A program made the translations under genes and the position numbers. The notes beneath the pieces were generated by a model, which saw nothing but the letters and a program-made list of their open reading frames with translations, searched no databases and had not been told where the DNA came from. From Octopus vulgaris (Eukaryota): a stretch of DNA of 64,000 nt. Within the stretch, counting starts at the first letter, position 1. Each line of letters begins with the position of its first letter. The DNA lies in NCBI GenBank assembly GCA_951406725.2, contig OX597814.1, positions 207,824,001 through 207,888,000 on the forward strand, given 5' to 3'. Of this stretch, positions 11,207 to 22,944 are shown piece after piece.

Positions 11207-13380
11207 AGCACTGCCATTTCTCTACACTGTTGTTACTGAGAGCCTCCTGTAATATGTGGCACTTGGTGAAGAATGGATTTTGATATAGCTACTCTCATTT
11301 ACACCCCTTGCCGGGAGGTAGGTTCATCTGGAACTCTCAACAGGAAGAGGTCCAGCCTTGATTTAAAAACGCCTACATCTACTTTGTGCAGTTTCCTCAG
11401 GTTCTTTGGGAGAATATTAAAATGCTGTGGGTCCCTGAAACCCAGGCTATTGTGGTAACTGGTCCTGAAGCACGATTGCATTGCTGAGATCTTTGGCTCT
11501 GTGCAGTGTCGACCTATTCTGTCATTGGTGTAGCTTTCAGTGCCAAAATGCTTAGCGGTATTTCATCTTCCATTGTGTTCTGACTTCAAATTCCACCAAG
11601 GTCGACTTTGCCTTTCATCCTTTCGGGGTCGATTAAGTAAGTACCAATTATGCACTGGGGTTGATGTAATTGACTTAATCCCTTTGTCTGTCCTTGTTTG
11701 TCCCCTCTGTGTTTAGCCCTCTGTGGGCAATAAAGAAATATATCTTTCAGAAAGTCATGTAAGCACTCTCCAAGTTTTCCAGCTATACCGATATCACGCA
11801 GTTTGTGGTATATCATACCATGATCCACTTTATCGAAAGCATTTACAAAATCAAGGTATATTACATCCACATTTGAGTTGTTGAGTAACTACCTCAACAC
11901 CAAGTCATAATGTTGTAAGAGCTAGGTCAAGCAGCTCTTACCTGGTTGAAAGCCATGCTGGCTATCACTCAGCAAGTTATTTTCTTCAAGGAATGCGATT
12001 AGTTTCCCTCTGACTATCCATTCCATGTCTTTGCTGATGTGTGAAGTCAGAGAGATAGGCCTATAGTTTTTGGCATCTGCTCTGCTTTCACCTTCATGGA
12101 TTGGGCATATTATTCCCTCCTTCAGCTTGCTTAGCAGCCTGCCGTTTCCAAGAAAGAGGGGTTTTGCCATGGCATACTTACACAATTTGAAGAGGATTGC
12201 TGGGAAACCACCAGGACCAGCAGTTCAGTTTGCGTCCACTTCATCTATGGCTAGTACTATATCTTTTTCGCTAATGTCAATGTATTCCATCGTAACTGCC
12301 TCACAGGTTATAGGTGAGGCTGCAAAGAAATCCACTGCTTTGTTCACTTGGCTGTGTTCCAACGAGGTGGTAAAAACAATTTTGAACTGGTCATTCTGTA
12401 CCTCACAGATCCTGGTTGTACTATCCATGAGGGAGCCATCCTTTTGGAAGAGGGGTCCAATCTTGCAGTGTAGAGAGGCTGTTTCTTTCCCATAATGGAA
12501 GAAAGTCTTTAGGTTTGACTTAATGTTTTTATATCCCAGGCTTCTTTGTCTTCTCTCTCCCTCACATAAGATTGTTGCAGGCTTTTTTCAATCTCCATCA
12601 GTGTTGTTTTTAGGCGGGACCTTTCACTACTTTTGGGATGTTGGTTGAGGCGATTTGCAACTTTTGTCTGTCATCTCATGAGGATCTTCTTCTCCCTTGG
12701 AATTTTGTTCCTATTTCTTTTGGCCTTGTGTTCTGGGACGTATTTTTGGTACATGGCTTGCATAACAGACATGAAATAGTCTAGTTTCATGCCAATGTCT
12801 GGTGTGGAGAGACATTTCGGCCAGTCCTGTCTGAGGATCTCTTTTTAGATCGATTTCCAATCTGCTTTGTGGAAGTTCAGATTGGAGAGATTTCAGGTGC
12901 TTCCTTTAGGATGTATGTCTTTGGTTACTTTTGGCCCAAACATAAGCAGCTCTATTATGTTGCGATCTGAAACTAATGTCGGCTTATGGCATAGTGGTTA
13001 AGAGCAAGATTCCGAGTTCAATTCCAAGCAGTGACCTGAATAATAATAATAATAACATCGAAAAATACCTTAGGAATGAGAACCCAGGTTCGAAATTTCC
13101 CCAAGACACCTGATGAGGACAAATATCTGTCAAATGTAAATAATCTCTTAAATATAGAATGATGTCCATATTGTTCGTGAAGCAGAGATCCAAAATGTTA
13201 TTCATCCTAGTTGGTCTGAGTACAACTTGCTCCATGAACAGGGCATTGGTGAAGTTGAGCAGGGACCCCACCTATGCTTGTTTGCAATGAGTCATTCCTG
13301 AGAGCATGAGGCCTTCAGGCCATTTGACATTGGGGAAGTTGAAATCACACATAAGAAATACGCTCATGTTGTGTTCCACT
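11205..13380 (-). mobile_element. Degenerate CR1/L2-group LINE (APE endonuclease, RT, 3' end) with two nested insertions
   Basis: LMCDFNFP and PTRMNNILDLCF (endonuclease); KNYRPISLTS, QHGFQPGKSCLT, DVIYLDFVNAFDKVDH (RT); 3' end at 11205-11545. A type B SINE at 11546-11740 sits where the distal RT is missing; a tRNA-headed insert lies at 12981-13150. Confidence 0.9.
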
Positions 13381-13793
13381 GATTTTTCTTGTCCCTTTTT
13401 TGTATCATCTGTCTTGATGTTTTGCATTCTTGTCCCATTTTTTTGTATTCCTTTATATATATATACACACACACACACATATACATATTATATTACTGTT
13501 GCATCTTTATTACACAAGAAAAGCCATTGCCAAGAAGACTTAATGAAATGATTCATGATTGTTGCCATGTGATGCCCTTATATGACTTTTGTGCCCGGGC
13601 AAGCTTTTTCACATTTTATTACATACTAGACAACTGTGCTGGCTGGCAGAAGAAGCAGGTGCTACCGCTCTCTTAACATGTCTTTTTAGACCTCCTACTG
13701 AGAGATACACCCTTCCACATTTTACACACATTCTGTTATGAATCTTAATAGCCACATCATTGTTTATCATGGGTCAATTTCTATATATGTACA

Positions 13794-13840
<47 letters not shown>

Positions 13841-13845
<5 letters not shown>

Positions 13846-14022
13846 AGATTTCATGAAAAAACAAAAGATGAAGACAGGTGGTGTATAAAAGAAACAGATG
13901 TATTAGTATAATGCTCAGGAAATTGAAAAAGTCTTTTACTTTTCGAGTCTACACTCTCCTACAGAAAGAATCACAGAAAGAAACAAGGAGAGAAAAAAGA
14001 TACGTGTAGTGGCTACCGATCT
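13841..14022 (-). mobile_element. Penelope-like terminal fragment, same family as 6081-6256
   Basis: Shares aaagatgaagacaggt...aaacagatgtattagtata...gtggcta.cgatctatc with 6081-6256; flanked by (TA)n. Confidence 0.7.
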
Positions 14023-14121
14023 ATCTATCTATATATATATATATATATGCATGTAAAAAATCAAACAAATCTAAATAGATGAGAGATACAAAATATTCTA
14101 TTATTATATACATAATTATAA

Positions 14122-14675
14122 TCGGTGGCACACAAGAAAACCATCCAAACGTGGCCGTAGCCAGTACCGCACCGACTGGCCTCCATACAGTGGGCATGTA
14201 ACAATCACCATCCAATCGTGGCCGATCGCCAGCCTAATCTGGCTCCTGTGTCGGTGGCACATAAAAAACACCATCCGAGCGTGGTCGTCTGCTAGCCTTG
14301 TCTGGCACCTGTGTCGGTGGCACATAAAAACACCATCCGAGCGTGGTCGTCTGCTAGCCTTGTCTGGCACCTGTGTCGGTGGCACATAAAAACACCATCC
14401 GAGCGTGGCCGTTCGCCAGCTTCGTCTGGCCTCCGTGCTGAGGGCACGTAACAAACACCATCCGAGCGTGGCCGTCCGCCAGCCTCGTCTGGCACCTGTG
14501 TCGGTGACACATAAAATCACCCACTACACTCTCGGAGTGGTTGGTGTTAGGAAGGGCATCCAGCTGTAGAAACACTGCCAGATCTGACTGGCCTGGTGCA
14601 GCCTTCGGGCTCCCCAGACCCCAGTTGAACCGTCCAACCCATGCTAGCATGGAAAGCGGACGTTAAATGATGATG
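14122..14675 (+). mobile_element. SINE type C with expanded internal ~62 bp tandem array and (ATG)n tail
   Basis: 6-7 units of gtcggtggcacataaaaacaccatccgagcgtgg.cgtc.gc.agcct.gtctggcacct, then aagggcatccagctgtagaaac...ccaacccatgctagcatggaaagcggacgttaaatgatg. Other copies at 7620-7940(-), 9115-9326, 25712-26301, 32003-32248, 36176-36315(-), 48851-49355(-), 52377-52633, 61850-62071, 63115-63372(-), 63574-64000(-). Confidence 0.88.
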
Positions 14676-14677
14676 AG

Positions 14678-14709
<32 letters not shown>

Positions 14710-14990
14710 TAGATAGATACAAAATATTCTATTATTATATACATAATTATAATCAGGTGTCAGCTAAGATATATATACATACATATATATTTGAGTAGTT
14801 GAATGAATTATCTTATTATGGATAATTCGGTTAACCGATACCTGGGTAGCAAATTCACGTCAGAAAAACACAGTTGAAGCTACATGCCTAGGGCAGAGAT
14901 CACGTGCTTTCGTGTGGAAATTTGTGTGTTTTTTTAAATACAAATAAATGAAAGAATGGAGTTGAACGATGAATTAACAAAATTCCTTTA

Positions 14991-15073
14991 TTTTCGACAT
15001 ATGTTTCAAAGGCTGCATATTCCTAATTTCGAAGGAATAAGGGGTGCATTATGCCACCTTCTCATCAGGAAAA
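14991..15073 (-). ncRNA. Hammerhead ribozyme motif, inverted copy of 15153-15235
   Basis: Reverse complement: ttttc-CTGATGA-gaaggt...gccttt-GAAA-catatg-TC-gaaaa (G-U at the base of stem II). Confidence 0.75.
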
Positions 15074-15152
15074 ACAAGGAACTTATGTCAGCTCCGTGTG
15101 GGCAGTCATCTAAAAGTTTTTGTGCATCTTGATGCTGACATAAGTTCCTTGT

Positions 15153-15235
15153 TTTTCCTGATGAGAAGGCAGCATAATGCACCCCTTATTCCTTCGAAAT
15201 TAGGAATATACAGCCTTCGAAACATATGTCGAAAA
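15153..15235 (+). ncRNA. Type-I hammerhead ribozyme motif (related subfamily)
   Basis: ttttc-CTGATGA(15158-64)-gaaggc...gccttc-GAAA(15219-22)-catatg-TC-gaaaa. Confidence 0.85.
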
Positions 15236-15295
15236 TAAAGGAATTTTGTTAATTTGTCGTTCAACTCCATTCTTTCATTTATTTGTATTTAAAAA

Positions 15296-15328
<33 letters not shown>

Positions 15329-15754
15329 GTTATATGTATATATCATCTCTTATTGCTCCATCTTTTTATCATCTCTATATATACTATATATATATATATA
15401 TATATATGCATGTGTGTGTACATATATTTATATATATGTATATATGCATGTACGCATGTGTGTGTACATATATATGTATGAGTGTATGATGTATATGTAT
15501 GAATGTATCTGTGCATATATGTGTGCATGCACATATTTAGATTGCTGCGCTTAACGCACATGTATAGGAACATATACATATGTGCATATATATGCATATA
15601 GATATGTGTGTATATATAAATATAAATTAAGGAACAATGAAACATTCTACTCTTTAAAAAACAACAAATATATGCAGAAATTAATTTGAAATGATTTACA
15701 GTTCAGCTTTGCTCTATTTCTGAATGTTTGCTTCACTTAAATATTCCACTACTA

Positions 15755-15840
<86 letters not shown>

Positions 15841-16084
15841 CTTCTTTATTATCTCCCCCCTCCCTCTCTGTCTCTTTCTTACCTCTCTGTTCGTATAAAA
15901 AGAGCTTCCCTTAAAGCATCGGGAGTAAGCTACATTATTCAAGCTATTAAAATAAACCTTAAAGTGAAATCAATCCCTTTGAATTTTCCCTAAAAATCTG
16001 CTGCATATGCTATGACTTGTATGATTGTTTGTACATATGCATGCATGCGTTCATATTATATGTGTATAAAATGTGTGTGTAAGC

Positions 16085-17166
<1,082 letters not shown>

Positions 17167-18936
17167 AACTAATACATAATACGCAAACATACTTATGTTC
17201 ATACGTGAAACAGCTAAGTGAAGCTTTACCTTCCTGTAAGAGAATGTGTCTACAATACACACGTACACACACACGCACACATGCGCACACACACACACGT
17301 GCGCATACACACACACATACACATATGCAACTCATGCCATATGTTGAGTACTCTCTTCCTTTTTTAATACACTCCAACATTTATTCACACTCACATCTTT
17401 GTGTGTGTGTGTGCGTGTGTGTGAATATTGTGTATGAAAATAATACCTTTGAATTTGCATTCCGAAAACTATTGCACACGCTATAATGGTATAGAATTTC
17501 AGCATGTGTGTGTTTGTGTGTGTTTATGCATGTTATAAGCAGAACATCTAAAAAAAAAGTTGAAGCTAACATATTCAAAATATGTTCAGGTTAGGAAAAA
17601 GAAAAGATTTAAAAACAAACAAAAACAAATTGTAATTTGACAAGGAAAATGTATTTAAATGTCACAACTCATTTGATGCTTTTTAAGGTCCATATATCAG
17701 GTGGCTGTTAGTTAAGGGGGTAAAGCTTCTGAAGACTTTGTTTTGAAAAATGTTAGATTTCCCCCAGAAATACCCCCATCCATTTCTTGTATTTTTCTCA
17801 TTATTTTCTCTCTTTCCATCAATTATTTTTTTCTATCTTTTTATCAGTCTTTTGTTTTTACTCCTTTCAGTCATTGGACTGTGGCCATGCTGTAACACCA
17901 GTTTGAAGGGTCTAGTCAAAGAAATCAACCCCAGTATTTATATTTTAATCCTGTTACTTATTCTGTCTGTCTCTTTTGCTGAACCACTAGTTATAGGGAT
18001 TTTGACATTACAGAAGTTGTCAAGAAGTAACGGGGAACAAACACACACACAAAAACACAGACCCCACAGGCATGGCTGTGTGGTAAGAACCTGGCTTCCC
18101 GACCACACGGTTCAGGGTTCAGTCCTACTGCGGGACACCTCGAGCAAGTGTTTTCTACGAAAGCCTCAGGCCAACCAAAGCCTTGTGAGTGGATTAGGTA
18201 GATGGAAACTGAAAGAAGCCCATCATATATGTGTGTGTGTGTGTGTGTGCGTCTTTGTGTCTGTTTGTCCCCTCCATCACCATCAACGCTTGACAACTGG
18301 TGTCAGTGTGTTTATATCCCCATAACTTAGCAGCTCAACAAAAGACATCAATAGAATAAGCATTAAGGCTTAAATAAATAAGTTCTGGGGTTGATTTGTT
18401 TGACTAAAACCCTTGATGGTGGTGTCCCAGCATAGCCACAGTCAAATGACTGAAACACGTAAAAGAACACACACACACACACACAACGAGCTGCTTTTCA
18501 GTTTCTATCTACCAAATCCACATACAAGACTTTGGTTGTCATAGAGCTACAGTAAAAGACATTTGCCCAAGGTGTCATGCAGTGAGCCTGAACCTAAGGT
18601 CACATGGTTGAGTACCAAATTTGTTACCATACTGCCATGCCTGCACCTAAGTTATTAATATTTTAATTAATAAATTTAGGGCAAGTGTGGCTATTGACAG
18701 AAAGAAAATTAGGTCATCACATACATATCGTCATCTTTATAACGTCCACTTTTCTATGATGGCATGGGTTGAACAAAGCTTTTTGAAGCAGATTTTCTAT
18801 GGTCGGATACCCTTCCTGTCACTAACCCTCACCTATTTCTCAGCAAAGTAATATTTTCGCATGGCTAGACATGTTTTTGGAGAATATTGCTAATAAATGA
18901 CAGTGACAATCATTTACAACCATCATGTGATGTCAT

Positions 18937-19258
18937 GTTAGTTAGTTAGTTAATTTTTTGGCTCAAAAGCAAAAAGCAAGGCCATGTAGGGGGACATGGA
19001 GTTGAGTACAGGGTGACGTTCATGTAAAGAGTTCAGGCCACTTGAGGTCAAGGGAGACTTTGAACAAAGCGGTCGTCGGCATCTTCACCATCTCGTCTGG
19101 CAGCTTGTTCCACAGATCCGCAACCCGGACAAAGAAAGCTCCTCTCCTTCGATTGAGTTGAAATCGTCGCAGGTAGAGCTTTTCGGAATGACCCCGCAGC
19201 CGACGCTCCGGAGCAGGAGTGAAGAACCGCTCTTTCGAGAGGTTACACTTTCCGCTTA
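18937..19258 (-). mobile_element. CR1-like LINE 3' end with (TAAC)n tail
   Basis: RLRGHSEKLYLRRFQLNRRRGAFFVRVADLWNKLP...FKVSLD; gttagttagttag at 18937-18951. Confidence 0.82.
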
Positions 19259-19259
19259 T

Positions 19260-19632
19260 GATGTGTATGTGTATGTGTATGTAGTTTGTCTGTCGATGCG
19301 ACGAAGACCATCTAGTCATCCTGGGGTGAGGATGGGCCTGTTTTGTGAGTCCACAGATGGCTAGTGAAGCCAATCTGCACCCGAAAGAGTCTTTGACAGT
19401 GTGGACAAGGAATGGTAGCGCCTGCTATAGAGTTGTTAGCTCTGTTTTTCCTGGCTTGTCTGCGGCCTTCTGCAGCAGCGATCCTATTGGTCTCGCATGT
19501 ATTGGCATCCATGTGGACAGCTGATTGCCACCCTTCTCTGTCTGGAGCAGACTGCTCCCAAGTGTCATGGTTGATGTTGAAGGCTTTCAGTGAATCCTTA
19601 AAGCGCTTCTTCTGGTCACCTTGTGAGCACTC
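19260..19632 (-). mobile_element. RTE-clade LINE 3' end with C2H2 zinc finger
   Basis: QGDQKKRFKDSLK...WEQSAPDREGW...CPHCQRLFRVQIGFTSHLWTH; tail (ACATAC)n. Confidence 0.85.
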
Positions 19633-20371
19633 ACAAGATGTCATGATAAGGAGACACACACACACAAGTATGCATATATGAAGGCTTCTTTCAGTTTCCA
19701 TCAACCAAATCTACTCACAAAGCTTTGGTTGGCCTGAGGCTATTGTAGAAGACACTTATCCAAGGTGTCATGCAGTGGGACTGAACCCAGAAGCATGTGG
19801 TTGTGAAGAAAATTTCTTACCACACAGCCACACTATGTGTGTGTGTGTGTGTTTTTTTGTTTGTTACCCACTACCACCTAATCCAGTATTGGTTTGTTTA
19901 CAGCCCTGTAACTTAGCCGTTTGGCAGAAGTGATGGTAGAATAAGCATCAGATTTATAAAAAGAAGAAAAACCATGTAGTGGAATCAGTTTATTTGACTA
20001 AATATTTTTAAGGTGGTGCTCCAGCAGGGCCACATTCATTGACTGAAACAAGTAAAAGATACATAGGCTCTCATATATATATAGAATGTTCCCCATAATG
20101 GCCCTCAATCCAATTACTGAAAGCAATAAATTAATAAATATATTTCAAATTAGCTATTTCTGATTTGAATTAAACTGAAAAAAAACAAAAAAAAAAAAAA
20201 ACAAAAGAAAAAACATTATACAAACAATTTATCTTAATGCTTAATGTTACACTCCTTATGAGTGTTGTGAAATAAACAACTTGAATGAATGAATCACAAC
20301 TGAGTGTGGGAGAGGAGTGGAAGTCAGAGAACACAGCGGTGCAGGGAGGGGGATATAAAAACATCATGTAA

Positions 20372-21212
20372 TGTGTGGTGGCAGTGGTGGTGATGATGAT
20401 GGCAGTGGTAGTGGTAGCAGTAATGGTGGTGGAGAATTGTTGCTGTGGTGGTAGTGGTAGCAGTGATGGTGGTGGAGAATTGTTGCGGCGGTGGTGGTGG
20501 TGGTGGTGGTGGTGGTGGTGGTGGTGGTGGTGGTGGTGGTGATGATGATGATGGCAGTGGTAGTGGTAGCAGTAATGGTGGTGGAGAATTGTTGCTGTGG
20601 TGGTAGTGGTAGCAGTGATGGTGGTGGAGAATTGTTGCGGCGGTGGTGGTGGTGGTGGTGGTGGTGGTGGTGGTGGTGGTGGTGATGATGATGGCAGTGG
20701 TAGTGGTAGCAGTAATGGTGGTGGAGAATTGTTGCTGTGGTGGTAGTGGTAGCAGTGATGGTGGTGGAGAATTGTTGCGGTGGTGGTGGTGGTGGTGGTG
20801 GTGGTGGTGGTGGTGGTGATGATGATGGCAGTGGTAGTGGTAGCAGTAATGGTGGTGGAGAATTGTTGCTGTGGTGGTAGTGGTAGCAGTGATGGTGGTG
20901 GAGAATTGTTGCGGTGGTGGTGGTGGTGGTGGTGGTGGTGGTGATGATGATGATGGCAGTGGTAGTGGTAGCAGTAATGGTGGTGGAGAATTGTTGCTGT
21001 GGTGGTGCCGGCGGTGGTGGTGGTGGTGGTGGTGGTGGTGGTGGTGGTGGTGGTGGTGGTGGTGGTGGTGGTGGTGGTGATGATGATGATGGCAGTGGTA
21101 GTGGTAGCAGTAATGGTGGTGGAGAATTGTTGCTGTGGTGGTAGTGGTAGCAGTGATGGTGGTGGAGAATTGTTGCGGTGGTGGTGGTGGTGGTGGTGGT
21201 GGTGGTGGTGGT
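20372..21212. repeat. Higher-order GGT-rich minisatellite
   Basis: About 6 units of ggcagtggtagtggtagcagtaatggtggtggagaattgttgctgtggtggtagtggtagcagtgatggtggtggagaattgttgcgg(tgg)n(tga)n, ~120-150 bp each. Confidence 0.92.
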
Positions 21213-21725
21213 TTAACACCACCCCCATCCCTGATCTATTATCAAAGATGTTCCAATAGTAACCATTGCACCATATTTTTTACACATTATCTATCTAGAA
21301 CTACAAATCTTCGAATCCATTTTTATTTGTTTGTTTATTTATTGTTGTTTTTAAGACAGGAAGATGCAGTTTTTTAAGATTCTTCCAAACAGATCCAGTG
21401 ACCTTATAGATCAATGGTTTCCATATGCTTTTGCCTGAGTAGCACATTGAAGATCAAACAAAAATAATTACTGGTACCCCTTCACATGGAAAGTTAAAAA
21501 AGCATTCTAAAGTTAAATATTTAGTGAAAAGAAACAGAGGATTAATCATGCTTGTATATGACAAAATTATGAATAACATATTTTCCAAGATGTCCAGGCA
21601 TTATTATGGATTTTCTAAAGCCTTATATTTGATTCCTCATTGGACATCTATTTTTTCCATACTAGTATGAGTTGAGGGTATGTCCCAATACATCACCACT
21701 ACCACCACCTCTCTCTCTCTCTCTC

Positions 21726-21775
<50 letters not shown>

Positions 21776-21777
21776 TA

Positions 21778-22254
21778 TTATATTAAATTAAATTAGAGAT
21801 AAAACCACTATTAGGCAAATCAAACAGTGAAAATCATAAGCCAATACATAGAAAATATAAAATATAAAATATTGGGTTTCTTACCTTAAAAATTAATACT
21901 TAAAAATTAAAATTAATATTTAACATTATAATTGTTGTTTTGACATAATCATAATCGTTAAGTTTCTAGTTTGATAATAGAGTTTTTTATAAGAAAATTT
22001 ATTATATTATTTATTTCTTAAAAATATTGTTTAAATATTTCTGATTATTTATTAAAATATTACAATTAACCTGAAGGTTGACTGTAATCATAATTCGAAT
22101 TATTAATTGAATTTAAATTATTATTATTGTTATTCAAATTGGTTACGGGCATGAAACGATCATAGTGTTTTTACTCTTTATCTTATATTAAACTTTTAAT
22201 ACTTTTTGATAGTTTAAAATTTAAAAAATAAATAAATAAATAAATAAAATAATA

Positions 22255-22301
<47 letters not shown>

Positions 22302-22490
22302 AAATTTATAAGTTTAATTTATTAATTTAAATAATTTTTTTAAATTTTAACTTTAATTTAAATATTTTAATTGGATTTTTATATTTTATATTTATTATAT
22401 TTTTTAATTAATTTTATTTCTATGTATTGGCTTATGATTTTCACTGTTTGATTTGCCTAATAGTGGTTTTATCTCTAATTTAATATAATA
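21778..22490. repeat. Inverted repeat (~90 bp arms) around an AT-rich spacer; probable Penelope-like terminus
   Basis: attagagataaaaccactattaggcaaatcaaacagtgaaaatcataagccaatacatagaaa (~21792-21854) is inverted at ~22417-22480. The spacer has a decayed hammerhead-like motif at 22067-22168. A related fragment lies at 43449-43497. Confidence 0.75.
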
Positions 22491-22944
22491 TATATTTATA
22501 CTATAAAATTAGATTTAATCCTAAATCTAATTTTTCCCTGTAAGTTTGGATTTACTCCCTAATATTTTATTATTATTATTATATATATGTATATATATAA
22601 CTCTGTCTCTTGTTTCTTTTCCAACTGGAGTATCCATGTATCTTCTCTTCCAAAAGACACTGATCTTTATCTCTACATTACACTTTTTAACTTCTCATCA
22701 ACTGGCAAAGTCACATCCCTCAATACTACACCTCACCCCCACCCTAGGTGAGGAATCTTTGTCTTGCAAGTTACCTAGAGGCGCACCTAGTGCTGATGCC
22801 ATGAAAAATGAACCCATTACACTCTGGAAAGACATCTAGCCATAGCAACTATTCCAAAGCAGACAATAGAGATTGGCACAGCTCTCTGGATCACCAGCTT
22901 TTGTCAAACTGTTCAACACATGCCAGCATGGAAAATGGAATGCA

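Larger units (their letters stand above)
14791..15296 (-). mobile_element. Penelope-like element end with inverted terminal duplication (related to 10247-11041)
   Basis: 14930-15092 and 15134-15296 are inverted; the reverse complement of 14791-14940 is homologous to 10884-11041 (cttcaact..gt..ttctgacgtgaattt.ctaccc; ataattcattca). Confidence 0.75.

Noticed and set aside
14122-14520. CRISPR-like regular repeats
   Set aside because: Contiguous tandem units with no unique spacers, inside a SINE in eukaryotic DNA; no cas genes.
20170-21377. 352-aa His/Thr/Pro-rich ORF and overlapping Gly/Val/Trp ORFs
   Set aside because: Frames of the GGT minisatellite; units shift frame between copies; no splice or domain support.
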